From the NCBI GenBank assembly GCA_003056265.1, contig NBVN01000004.1:261587-325586 (forward strand): 64,000 bases of DNA. Direction: 5' to 3'. The DNA comes from Zestosphaera tikiterensis. Its GTDB lineage: Archaea; Thermoproteota; Thermoprotei_A; Sulfolobales; NBVN01. The notes beneath the pieces are model-generated. The model was not told the DNA's origin and searched no databases. It worked only from the letters and a program-made list of their open reading frames with translations. Both the position numbers and the translations under genes were made by a program. Of this stretch, positions 1-8,776 are shown in pieces (the first letter of the stretch is position 1; the number at the start of each line of letters is the position of its first letter).

Positions 1-2
1 TA

Positions 3-170
3 CCGACGTATTTATCGGTGGCTTTAGTGAACGTTCAACTACTGGATTTAATCTACGTAATACCTTTAGGTCTTTTAACGGCTATGTTCTTAGCTTTAAT
101 GTATTACGTCTACACATTCATTAAGAGGATGGCTAGAGAAACTCCTTGGTTGGGAGGTGCTGTTGCCTGA
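3..170 (+). CDS. 3' end of a polytopic membrane protein, possibly the antiporter-like (HycC/EchA/NuoL-family) hydrogenase subunit; partial, runs off the window
   Basis: Frame 3 is open from the window edge to TGA at 168-170. It gives a hydrophobic tail (..LIYVIPLGLLTAMFLALMYYVYTFIKRMARETPWLGGAVA). The family guess rests only on its position upstream of hycD/E/F/G-like genes. Confidence 0.4.
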   Translation, partial: PTYLSVALVNVQLLDLIYVIPLGLLTAMFLALMYYVYTFIKRMARETPWLGGAVA

Positions 171-583
171 GCTCTGAAGCGGCTTCAATAATGACTAGGT
201 TTGAAGACTTAATGCGTAAGTACTTAAGGAAGTTAGCACCTCTAATGAGTAAAGTCGGGCTGTCTTACGACGTCGGTCAAAGCTTTGAAAGAACTGAAAG
301 GGGTTTTGCATCCAGGCTTCTTAACTTCGTGGGCAAGCTCAACGCTAAGTTCTACTTCGGGGAGAGAGATCTTTACAGATATTATTTATATATTTTTCAA
401 GCATTTTACACATTCTTTATGAAGGGGGAGAGGGGTCTTTACAGATGTTATAGGTCCTTAGTTAGGAGTTTATTAAGCCTTCAAGTAGAGCTTGAGGATG
501 CGTTATCGTTCTCATCCCTATATATGAACCTACTGCTGGTTTTCGCATTGGTTTTAATGGTGGTGTGGGCTTGGACTTCATAA
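146..583 (+). CDS. hypothetical small protein with a C-terminal TM helix (an ATG at 191 is a plausible alternative start)
   Basis: ORF track. The C-terminus NLLLVFALVLMVVWAW is hydrophobic. The ORF overlaps the start of the next gene by 19 nt, which suggests operon coupling. I recognised no family. Confidence 0.3.
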   Translation: MVGRCCCLSSEAASIMTRFEDLMRKYLRKLAPLMSKVGLSYDVGQSFERTERGFASRLLNFVGKLNAKFYFGERDLYRYYLYIFQAFYTFFMKGERGLYRCYRSLVRSLLSLQVELEDALSFSSLYMNLLLVFALVLMVVWAWTS

Positions 584-1467
584 CCATATCCTTAATTTCC
601 TTCTTTGCCGTGGTTTCCGCGTTCCTCCCACCTCTGCTTGACGGGGTTGAGAGGAAGGTAAGGGCTAAAATCCAGAGTAGGATCGGACCCCCTACGGTAA
701 TGCAGACTTGGTATGACTTAAGGAAGTTAGCGGTTAAGGAGCTTAAGATGCCTTTAGGTGGTGAGTTAGCCGTCTTAACCGTTTTCTTAAGTTTGATCAC
801 CTCAGTTTCCAGCATCGCATACCTTACGTATGTTTTAATCACCTCAACCCTCAACCCGTTAAGCATCGCTACATTGATAGTTTTAATTACCGCCTCACAT
901 AACCTAACGCTGCTTTCCTCCGTGTCGACTTCAAACCCCTTCTCTATAGTTGGGTCTTACAGGAACGTAACGCTGTTGTTAGTTAATGAGTTCGGCTTTA
1001 TGGCTGGTTTTATAGCGACGCTCTACGCCTTAGTTAGGTTGTCAACGAATCCAACGCCGTTAAGCTTTCTAGCCTACGCGTTAGGCCTCGCAGCTTTAAT
1101 CGTATCTACCTACGTAGGGTGTGGTAGGCTACCTTACGACATACATGAAGCAGAGCCTGAACTAGCTTCAGGAGCTTTAATCGAGTTTAGCGGGGTTGCT
1201 TTAGGGACGTACCTATACACGCATTTAATGATGCGTTACGTGTTTTCGCTGCTGGTTGCTTACGCTATTTCAACGCTTATCATAGGCTTTACAAACGCTT
1301 TAGTCGTTATCGCGGTTTTAGCTTTACTTACTTCAATTATCTACATACTCTACGGGGTTGTGGCTGCGATGTTGGGGAGGACTAGAGTCGATTTAGGTGT
1401 TCGAACGCTTTTTACGTTATACGTTAGCTTAACTCTCTGTTTGGTGGTAGCATGGTTGTTCGCTTAA
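565..1467 (+). CDS. membrane subunit of a group 4 [NiFe]-hydrogenase, NuoH/HycD/EchB-like
   Basis: The N-terminal motif ERKVRAKIQSRIGPP matches the NuoH/HycD signature (ERK..A..Q.R.GP). The protein is about 300 aa and multi-TM, and sits next to the catalytic subunits. Confidence 0.8.
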   Translation: MGLDFITISLISFFAVVSAFLPPLLDGVERKVRAKIQSRIGPPTVMQTWYDLRKLAVKELKMPLGGELAVLTVFLSLITSVSSIAYLTYVLITSTLNPLSIATLIVLITASHNLTLLSSVSTSNPFSIVGSYRNVTLLLVNEFGFMAGFIATLYALVRLSTNPTPLSFLAYALGLAALIVSTYVGCGRLPYDIHEAEPELASGALIEFSGVALGTYLYTHLMMRYVFSLLVAYAISTLIIGFTNALVVIAVLALLTSIIYILYGVVAAMLGRTRVDLGVRTLFTLYVSLTLCLVVAWLFA

Positions 1468-1516
1468 ATAAAACATTTATTAAGGTGTTTGTAGATTATT
1501 TTAACGGTGTTAAAGT

Positions 1517-3220
1517 ATGGTAAGCGACATCATAGAAACCTTAGCGAGTGTAGCTAGAGGTAGCAGAAGTAAGTCCATACTAACTAAAGTGGGTGAGGTA
1601 TGCGGTGATAAGCTACTGAAGGTTGAGCGCGTGAGTCCATCAACGATTAAAGTGTTGATTAAGGCTGACTGCCTTCATGAAGTGGCTGAGGTTCTCTCCG
1701 CAGAACGTGACGTATACTTTAGAACTATGGCCGCTTCCGACGAAAGACCTGCTGAAAACCTCTTTAAGCTATACTACGTGTTCGGAATAGATAGCGAAGG
1801 AACTAACATAGTAGTTGAAGTCCCGACGGACGGCGAGCGGGAAGTCCCCTCCATTTCCGATGTTGTTAAGGCTTGTGATTGGTATGAGCTTGAAGCTCAT
1901 GATTTAATGGGTGTTAAGTTTAGTGGTAGGTTTCTTAAAAGGCTTGTATTACCTGATGATTGGCCTGAAGAAATACACCCACTAAGAAAAGACATAACAA
2001 CAGAAGAAATAAAAAAACTATATCAACCACAAGTAGTTAAGAGAGCTGTGGAGTTAGGCGTTGAGGAGATTGTTAAGATTCCAATAGGTCCTTACCACCC
2101 AGCACTTCACGAACCGGAGTATTTCGAGCTATACGTTCGTGGGGAGAAGGTCGTTGACGCTAGATATGTTGGTTTTATGGTTCATAGAGGTATTGAGAAG
2201 TTAGCTGAATCTATGAAGTACGATCAAGTTCCTTTTCTTGCTGAGAGGATTTGCGGTATTTGTGGTTTTGTTCATTCTGTTTCATATACTCAAGCTGTTG
2301 AAGAAGCTTTAAACATTGAAGTACCTGAAAAAACACAATACATAAGAACAATAATACTAGAGCTGGAAAGAATACATAGCCACCTACTATGGATAGGTGT
2401 GGCTTTACACTTACTGGGTTATGACACGGGTTTCATGCACGCTTGGAGGATTAGGGAGAAGGTTATGGTTTTATCTGAGTTATTAACAGGTAGTAGGAAA
2501 ACATACGGAATAAACTTAGTAGGTGGGGTAAGAAAAGACATAAACAAAGAAAAAATAGAAAAAACAAAACAAACACTAAAGCAGGTGTTAAACGAATATA
2601 AGGAATTCGTAGATGTTGCCACAAGCGTACCTCAAGTTAGGAGGAGGTTATCGGGTACTGGTGTTTTACCTGGTGGTGAGGCTAGAGCTTATTCGTTGGT
2701 AGGGCCTACGGCTAGAGGTTCAGGACTTAGTAGGGATGTTAGGAAGGACTACACCTACGGCGCCTACCACTTCGTAAGTTTTTCAATACCAACGTATAGT
2801 GAAGGCGATAACCTAGCTAGAACGTTAGTAAGAATAGATGAGGTATACGAATCAATAAACATAATAGAACAACTACTCGACACAATACCATCGAGTAGCG
2901 AAATCAAAGTTGATTCATGGGAACCACAACCAATGAAGTTAGGACTAGGAAACGTTGAAGCACCAAGAGGTGAAGTAATACACGTGGTAATCACGGGTAA
3001 ATACGGTCCTTACAGATGGAGGGTTAGAGCACCAACATACCAGAACCTACAGGCAGTACCCACGATGTTAAGAGGTGTTGACTTAGCTGACGCACCAATA
3101 ACAATAGCAAGCATAGACCCATGCTTCTCATGCACAGACAGAGCAATAAAAATAAACATAAAAACAGGCAAGGTTGAATTCATACCTTTAGAGGTTTTGT
3201 CCAGAGGTGGTGTTAGATAG
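1517..3220 (+). CDS. [NiFe]-hydrogenase large subunit fused to an N-terminal NuoC-like domain (HycE/EchD-EchE-like, group 4)
   Basis: Both Ni-Fe ligand motifs are intact: RICGICGFVHS near the N-terminus of the catalytic domain and DPCFSCTDR at the C-terminus. The N-terminal 170 aa or so resembles NuoC/HycE-N. Confidence 0.9.
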   Translation: MVSDIIETLASVARGSRSKSILTKVGEVCGDKLLKVERVSPSTIKVLIKADCLHEVAEVLSAERDVYFRTMAASDERPAENLFKLYYVFGIDSEGTNIVVEVPTDGEREVPSISDVVKACDWYELEAHDLMGVKFSGRFLKRLVLPDDWPEEIHPLRKDITTEEIKKLYQPQVVKRAVELGVEEIVKIPIGPYHPALHEPEYFELYVRGEKVVDARYVGFMVHRGIEKLAESMKYDQVPFLAERICGICGFVHSVSYTQAVEEALNIEVPEKTQYIRTIILELERIHSHLLWIGVALHLLGYDTGFMHAWRIREKVMVLSELLTGSRKTYGINLVGGVRKDINKEKIEKTKQTLKQVLNEYKEFVDVATSVPQVRRRLSGTGVLPGGEARAYSLVGPTARGSGLSRDVRKDYTYGAYHFVSFSIPTYSEGDNLARTLVRIDEVYESINIIEQLLDTIPSSSEIKVDSWEPQPMKLGLGNVEAPRGEVIHVVITGKYGPYRWRVRAPTYQNLQAVPTMLRGVDLADAPITIASIDPCFSCTDRAIKINIKTGKVEFIPLEVLSRGGVR

Positions 3221-3318
3221 TTAAGTTCGTTAAGATTTTAGGTATTGCGTCTAAATCCGGTACTGTTACTAGGAGGTATCCTTTTGAGTCTTCTTTAGTT
3301 ACTTCTGAGTTTAGAGGT

Positions 3319-3729
3319 TTGATTGAGATCGATCCTGTTAAATGTGTTGGTTGTGGTGCGTGCGTTAGGATATGCCCGCCAAAAGCATTAACAATAGAAG
3401 TAAACGAAAAAGAAACAATACTAAAATACTTCATAGGTAGATGTATATTCTGCTGGATGTGCGTACAAACATGCCCACAAAAAGCAATAAAAACAACAAA
3501 CAAATTCGAACTAAGCGCAGTAGACGTTCATGAACTTCAGATGGAGTTAGTTCATAACACTGTTAAATGCCGTGTGTGCGGTAAGCCATTCATAACCAGT
3601 AAGTTTGTTAAGGAGGTTGGGAGGAGGTTAAACGGAGGCTTTAAGGATGACCTACTCTACGTATGCCCTACCTGCAGGAGGAAGTTAACTGCTAAGAAGA
3701 TAGCTACGAAAGTTACGGGTGTTGAGTGA
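3319..3729 (+). CDS. 2x[4Fe-4S] ferredoxin subunit (HycF/NuoI/EchF-like)
   Basis: Two cluster motifs, CVGCGACVRICP and CIFCWMCVQTCP. A C-terminal CxxC...CxxC is also present. The gene overlaps the next gene within the operon. Confidence 0.8.
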   Translation: MIEIDPVKCVGCGACVRICPPKALTIEVNEKETILKYFIGRCIFCWMCVQTCPQKAIKTTNKFELSAVDVHELQMELVHNTVKCRVCGKPFITSKFVKEVGRRLNGGFKDDLLYVCPTCRRKLTAKKIATKVTGVE

Positions 3730-4250
3730 TGGTTGAAGCACTCCCTAGAAACGGTTCTGTAGACTTAGCTAAGGCTTTCGACAAGCTTAAAAGGAGTATT
3801 TGGGTTTTCCACTTAAACACAGGTAGTTGCAACGGATGCGATATTGAAGTGTTGGACGTGCTGACCCCGTACTTCGACGTTGAGAGGTTTGGGATAAAGC
3901 TGGTTGGCTCGCCCAGACACGCTGATTTAATACTTCTTACAGGCCCTATAACCATAAAAACCTTAGATAAAGTCGTTAGAGCTATTGACGCGATGCCTAG
4001 GCCTAGGCTAGTCCTAGCCTTAGGTTCCTGCGGTGTTGGCGGAGGCATATGGTTTAACACGTACTCAACCCTCGGCGGCTACCCGAAGCTTCAGGAGTTG
4101 CTTAAGAGCTTAGGCGTTGAAGTGGATAAGGTTGTTTACGTCCCTGGATGTCCCGTAAGGCCTGAAGCCATAATATACGGCGTTGCTTTACTTTTAGGTC
4201 TTGCAGAACCTAAGGTAAGGTATGAAAGGGTGGAGGCGGTTGAGGGTTAA
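3726..4250 (+). CDS. [NiFe]-hydrogenase small subunit (NuoB/HycG/EchC-like)
   Basis: GSCNGCDIE, GSCGVGGG and PGCP supply the four Cys of the proximal [4Fe-4S] cluster typical of NuoB/HycG. Confidence 0.9.
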   Translation: MMVEALPRNGSVDLAKAFDKLKRSIWVFHLNTGSCNGCDIEVLDVLTPYFDVERFGIKLVGSPRHADLILLTGPITIKTLDKVVRAIDAMPRPRLVLALGSCGVGGGIWFNTYSTLGGYPKLQELLKSLGVEVDKVVYVPGCPVRPEAIIYGVALLLGLAEPKVRYERVEAVEG

Positions 4251-4500
4251 AGCGTATCTCTGCTTAGAACGTGAGGCTGAGTCCATAGTCTCCAGGCATC
4301 ACGTAGCTCCATACGCGATATGTGAGGAGAGGAGTGAGTTAAGCGTTGAGGAGGTTAAAGCTAGGTTAGGTGAGGAAGCCTTCAAAAAGCTAATGAAGTA
4401 CGGTGAGGTTGTGGTTTCAGACTACGAATCTATGAGGAAGTTCTTCGAAGTTAAGGATGAGGTTTCGTACGTTAAACTAATTTTAACGCCGAAAACATAA
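4222..4500 (+). CDS. hypothetical protein in the hydrogenase operon
   Basis: ORF track only. It overlaps the upstream gene, and no motif was recognised. Confidence 0.3.
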   Translation: MKGWRRLRVKAYLCLEREAESIVSRHHVAPYAICEERSELSVEEVKARLGEEAFKKLMKYGEVVVSDYESMRKFFEVKDEVSYVKLILTPKT

Positions 4501-4517
4501 GTTAGGAGGGATGGGAT

Positions 4518-5573
4518 GTGAAGTTCGCGTTTATGTGTAGGGAGAGTAGAGGCGGTGGTCGAGGGAAGGTTGCCGTAGTTGGTGGTGGGCCGGCAGGGCT
4601 TGCCGCCGCAGGATATTTAGTTTGCTACGGCTATGAAGTAGACGTTTACGAGAAACTACCCTACGCAGGGGGCTTAATGACTTTCGCCATACCCCCGTAT
4701 AGAATACCTAGGGAGAACATTATAGAGGGTGTTGAAGACCTGGAGAAGAACTTCAGCGTTAAATTCAACTACAGAACTAAGGTTTTCTGCGGTGATAAGG
4801 TTCGTCACGACGAAGGGGATGAATTCGTTCAGAATGTGTTAGACTTAACGAAGTTGGTTAACGAGTATGACGCGGTCTTAATAACGACTGGTATATGGTC
4901 GTCGAGGAAGTTGGGAGTTCCGGGTGAGGAAGCTCAAGGAGTTCTTACAGCGCTTGAATATACGTACGGTTGGTGGATTTACGACTCGGGGTTAAGCACT
5001 CATAAACCGCCCGTGGGTAAGAGGGTGGTTGTCGTTGGCGGTGGTTTCAGCGCTGTTGACGCAGCTGAAGTTTCCCATATGAAGGGTTCTAAGGAGGTTA
5101 TACTAGCGTATAGGAGGACTATTAAGGAAGCCCCCGCTGGCGAGTATGAAATACGTAGGTTAATAGCTGAGGGGATTAAATGGATGGATTTAGTGCAGCC
5201 TACGAAGATAGTCGTTGAGAACGGTAGGGTTTCAGGCGTTGAGTTCGTTAAGATGAGGTTAGGCGCTCCAGACGAGTCTGGAAGGCCGAGACCCGAACCT
5301 ATACCAGGATCTGAATTCGTGCTTGAAGCAGACTTAGTTTTAGTTGCTGCTGGTGAGATACCCACACCACCCCTTGAAGGTGAGTGCGGAGGCATTAAAG
5401 TAGATAGGGGTAGGAGGGTAGTAGTTAATAGTAGGATGCAGACCAACGTTGAGAAGGTGTTCGCGGCTGGCGACGTAGTTACAGGGCCTTCGATGGTTGG
5501 TAAAGCCATAGGCAGCGGTCTTAAAGCAGCTACGAACATAGACATGTACCTCAGGTCTAAGAAGCTTGTTTAG
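4518..5573 (+). CDS. FAD/NAD(P)H-dependent oxidoreductase, glutamate synthase small-chain (GltD)/SudA-like, without the N-terminal Fe-S domain
   Basis: Two dinucleotide-binding motifs: VAVVGGGPAGLAAAGYL and VVVVGGGFSAVDAA. The C-terminal FAAGDVVTGP is typical of this family. Confidence 0.8.
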   Translation: MKFAFMCRESRGGGRGKVAVVGGGPAGLAAAGYLVCYGYEVDVYEKLPYAGGLMTFAIPPYRIPRENIIEGVEDLEKNFSVKFNYRTKVFCGDKVRHDEGDEFVQNVLDLTKLVNEYDAVLITTGIWSSRKLGVPGEEAQGVLTALEYTYGWWIYDSGLSTHKPPVGKRVVVVGGGFSAVDAAEVSHMKGSKEVILAYRRTIKEAPAGEYEIRRLIAEGIKWMDLVQPTKIVVENGRVSGVEFVKMRLGAPDESGRPRPEPIPGSEFVLEADLVLVAAGEIPTPPLEGECGGIKVDRGRRVVVNSRMQTNVEKVFAAGDVVTGPSMVGKAIGSGLKAATNIDMYLRSKKLV

Positions 5574-5594
5574 TTTTATCCGAGGTGAGTTGAG

Positions 5595-6086
5595 GTGGAG
5601 TCCATAAGTAGGATGTACGGCGGTATGAACCGCGTGATTAACTACGAAGCATGTATAGGGTGCTTCACATGCGAGGAGGTATGTAAGTTCCTACATAACG
5701 GTGAGGCATACATAACGCTCTACGAGGTTGGGGGAGGCCTTAACAAACCTATATCGTGCTTCCACTGCGCTAAAGCACCATGCGTTACCGCATGTCCCAC
5801 AGGAGCGATGCATAGAGGGTCTGACGGGGCGGTAACCGTAGACATATCTAGATGTATAGGTTGTGGCGCATGCGTTGCCGCCTGCCCCTTCGGAATACCT
5901 ACGATCGTACCGCCTGGTTACGCAAGCAAATGCGATTTATGCGAGCCTTTAAGGAAGGAAGGCCTTAACCCAGGTTGCGTGGCTATGTGCCCAACTAAAG
6001 CGATAGTTTGGGGGGACTACACAACCATAGCTAAGGAGTTAAGAGTTAGGGCTTTAAAGAAGTTGATCTACACGTCAGCACCTTAA
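5595..6086 (+). CDS. 4x[4Fe-4S] polyferredoxin, HycB/DmsB/NrfC-like
   Basis: Four Cys clusters: CIGCFTCEEVC, CFHCAKAPCVTACP, CIGCGACVAACP and CDLC..x12..CVAMCP. Confidence 0.8.
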   Translation: MESISRMYGGMNRVINYEACIGCFTCEEVCKFLHNGEAYITLYEVGGGLNKPISCFHCAKAPCVTACPTGAMHRGSDGAVTVDISRCIGCGACVAACPFGIPTIVPPGYASKCDLCEPLRKEGLNPGCVAMCPTKAIVWGDYTTIAKELRVRALKKLIYTSAP

Positions 6087-6123
6087 GCTTACGTTCCCCC
6101 TGAAAATCAATTATTTGAATACC

Positions 6124-6933
6124 TTAACTACGGTATGCTTCAATCAACTTACTGAGTATTGCGTCGTCGTAACCCACTAGAAGGCATTCAACCTTACTTA
6201 TGTTTGTTAACGGTATGTTATTTACGGGCGTTCCATCGCAAAGCGTTGCTTTAGCGTTTAAAGCCTCAGCTATCTTAAGTGCTGCCGCAACGTCAACGTT
6301 CCTTAACTTAGCTCTTATGTCTACGAACGCTTCAGCCCTACCTAAGCCTACGTAGATAATATCTAAAGCCGCACTACCTAGAGAACGTAGCGCCGCCCTA
6401 CCCCCTCTAAACCTCCAGTACTTAGGCACTATGCTGTAAGCCTCGGGAGTTTCGAAATACCCTAAAAGCACGTTCGGAGGTTTAACCCTCCTCTCGGGCT
6501 TAACCCCATCGATTAAAACCCCCTCACCCTTAACGTATTCGTATGTGGTTTTCCTAAACACGTCTACAACTACGGCGTAGGTTACGTCGTTAAGCGTTAC
6601 ACCCTCCTCATACGGTGCTACAGCTATAGACACGGAAACCCAAGGAATTGAAGCTTCATAATTTACCGAACCGTCAACGGGGTCAACAACGAAAACCCAC
6701 CTCCAACCCTCACCACATGTTTTAACAACGCCTGACTCCTCACTAACTATAAGTAAGCACTCCCCCAACCCCCTCAAAACACCGAATATTATGTCCTCAG
6801 CCTCCTTATCGAAAGCCTTAGTGAAATCTCCTGAAGCGTTAGGTTTAAACACAGCTGAAGACCTAACACCACTCGTTAAATAATCTGAAACCTTCAAAGC
6901 AGCCTCCCTAACAACCGACCACACCTTAAACAC
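6124..6933 (-). CDS. inositol monophosphatase / fructose-1,6-bisphosphatase family protein
   Basis: Metal-site motifs EESG and VVDPVDGSVNY, followed by WVSVSIAV, match the IMPase fold signature. Confidence 0.8.
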   Translation of the reverse strand: MFKVWSVVREAALKVSDYLTSGVRSSAVFKPNASGDFTKAFDKEAEDIIFGVLRGLGECLLIVSEESGVVKTCGEGWRWVFVVDPVDGSVNYEASIPWVSVSIAVAPYEEGVTLNDVTYAVVVDVFRKTTYEYVKGEGVLIDGVKPERRVKPPNVLLGYFETPEAYSIVPKYWRFRGGRAALRSLGSAALDIIYVGLGRAEAFVDIRAKLRNVDVAAALKIAEALNAKATLCDGTPVNNIPLTNISKVECLLVGYDDAILSKLIEAYRS

Positions 6934-7138
6934 CGTTTAAAGAACGTATTGAGGCGATATTAACTTAACCACCTCGTCAACCGCTTGAATAGCCTTAGCA
7001 GTAACTCCTAAGCAACTTAAGGTAGACTTAAACCTACCGCTGACTTAAGACTTTAGACTTTAAATAGTTAACGTCTTACGTAAGTGTCTAAACACATACA
7101 TAGTTGTTTATAAGTCTTCTCGACGATGTTAATAGTAG

Positions 7139-8776
7139 GTGCATGTTTTGAGTTTTAAAGTTAGGTTGAAGTCCCTCTTTAGAAGAAGTGAGGATAAGGG
7201 TTTAAAGGGGGGTTTAGAGGGTTCCTCTGAAGTTGCTGTTGTGATGCCTGAGGTTAGACCTGCTCACGAACTCTTAAGTGTTAAGAGAGGTTTTAAAGTT
7301 GTTGAGTCTTACCCGATTCACGAACCCTTCGCATATATAAACATCGTTGAGGAGGAAGCAACCGGCAAGCTGTTTTACGAGGTTTACGAGATTTCATTAA
7401 CTGAGGAGGAGAGGAGGATCTACGAGTCTTTAAAGGAGCACATCATATGGGAGTTGAAGCCCGTAGCTTCTTTAAACGTTGACGCAAGGAATGAAATCTT
7501 AAAAACAGCTAGGAATGTGATGAGGGAGTTTCAACTTCGCTTCACTAGAACTCCATCGCTTTCGTGGAGTAAGCTAGCTTACTACATAGAGAAGGATCTA
7601 CTCGGCTACGGAGTTCTTGAGCCTGTATTTAGGGATAGGCATATAGAAGACATCTCGTGTAATGGGCCTGGAAAGCCTGTCTACGTATGGCATAGGAAGT
7701 ACGAGTCCCTACCCACCAACATAGTGTTTAAAAACGAGTTGGAGCTCGATGAATACGTGCTTAAGTTAGCTCATATGGCAGGTAAACACATATCCGTTGC
7801 CTACCCAGTTCTCGACGCCATACTTCCGGGAGGGCATCGAGTAGCCGCGACATTCACTAAGGAAGTCTCCACCTCAGGCTCTACATTCACCATAAGGAAG
7901 TTCAGCGAGTCCCCAATAACCATAGCCGACATGATAAGCTACGGAACTATATCCTCAGACTTAGCGGCTTACTTCTGGTTGGCTATGGATTATAAGATGA
8001 CGGGCCTCATACTCGGCGTGACGGGCGCTGGTAAGACATCAACGTTAAACGCCTTAGCCACTTTATTAAGGCCCACATATAAAGTCGTAACTATTGAGGA
8101 CACGCCTGAGTTGAGGCTACCCCTCGAGAATTGGGTGCAGTTGGTTTCCAGGCCTTCATACCTAGCCGGAGGTGTTGGTGAGGTCTCCCTATACCACTTA
8201 GTTAGGGTGTCGCTTAGGTATAGACCGGACGTAATCGTAGTCGGTGAGGTTAGGGGTGAGGAGGCTTACGTACTATTTCAAGCTATAGCTACAGGGCATT
8301 CAGGACTCACTACCTTACACGCGGAGAGCATTGACGCAGCTGTGAAGAGGCTTACCTCAAAACCTATGGATATTCCGGAGTCCTACATACCTTTAATTAA
8401 CTTCGCCTTAGTGATTAAGAGAGTATCCCTCGTTGATGAGAGGGGTAGGGTCAGACCCGCTAGAAAAATAACTAACGTTTGGGAGATCAGAGACTTCGGG
8501 GAGTATGAGGAGGTTGCTAGGTGGGACCCCGCTAGGAATAGGTTCGAGCTTAAGTTAGGGAGGAGTTTAGTCCTTCAGAAGATTTCAGACTTGACTGGAA
8601 AGCCTGTCGAGGCTTTAATGGATGAGTTAGCTTTAAGGAAAGCAGTTCTTGAGTGGTTAGTGGCTTCTAAGAAGACTGCCTATAGGGATGTAGCGACTTA
8701 CATTCAGAAGTACTACCTAAACCCGAAGAAGACTTTAGAGGAGTTGGGTGTGGCTCATGCCTTCACTACGGCGTAG
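7139..8776 (+). CDS. type II/IV secretion-family ATPase (archaeal type IV pilus/archaellum assembly ATPase, FlaI/UpsE/AapE-like)
   Basis: Walker A GVTGAGKTSTLNAL, Walker B/Asp box VIVVGEVRGEE and His box TGHSGLTTLHA. Confidence 0.9.
   Translation: MHVLSFKVRLKSLFRRSEDKGLKGGLEGSSEVAVVMPEVRPAHELLSVKRGFKVVESYPIHEPFAYINIVEEEATGKLFYEVYEISLTEEERRIYESLKEHIIWELKPVASLNVDARNEILKTARNVMREFQLRFTRTPSLSWSKLAYYIEKDLLGYGVLEPVFRDRHIEDISCNGPGKPVYVWHRKYESLPTNIVFKNELELDEYVLKLAHMAGKHISVAYPVLDAILPGGHRVAATFTKEVSTSGSTFTIRKFSESPITIADMISYGTISSDLAAYFWLAMDYKMTGLILGVTGAGKTSTLNALATLLRPTYKVVTIEDTPELRLPLENWVQLVSRPSYLAGGVGEVSLYHLVRVSLRYRPDVIVVGEVRGEEAYVLFQAIATGHSGLTTLHAESIDAAVKRLTSKPMDIPESYIPLINFALVIKRVSLVDERGRVRPARKITNVWEIRDFGEYEEVARWDPARNRFELKLGRSLVLQKISDLTGKPVEALMDELALRKAVLEWLVASKKTAYRDVATYIQKYYLNPKKTLEELGVAHAFTTA

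Noticed and set aside
462-866. Antisense or out-of-frame ORFs inside well-supported genes. Examples: 462-866, 2419-2622, 2764-2994, 3213-3503, 3713-4060, 5000-5545, 8735-9121, 10067-10261, 10310-10564, 12379-12693, 14033-14326, 14323-14562, 15607-15789, 15993-16286, 16633-16824, 17491-17703, 19815-20003, 20085-20348, 21419-21730, 22101-22352, 24748-24984, 26229-26507, 29874-30095, 30749-30943, 31749-32120, 32842-33156, 34506-34886, 38346-38552, 38773-39126, 40143-40334, 40361-40648, 42173-42433, 46511-46723, 49096-49305, 51065-51304, 52245-52433, 54071-54298, 54821-55183, 57525-58169, 57863-58051, 59026-59214, 61519-61740 and 63748-63951.
   Set aside because: Each lies opposite to, or out of frame with, a gene that has clear family motifs. 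Their translations are low-complexity (Ser/Leu/Pro/Thr-rich) with no motifs. Many coincide with the A-rich codon blocks, which deplete stop codons on the opposite strand.
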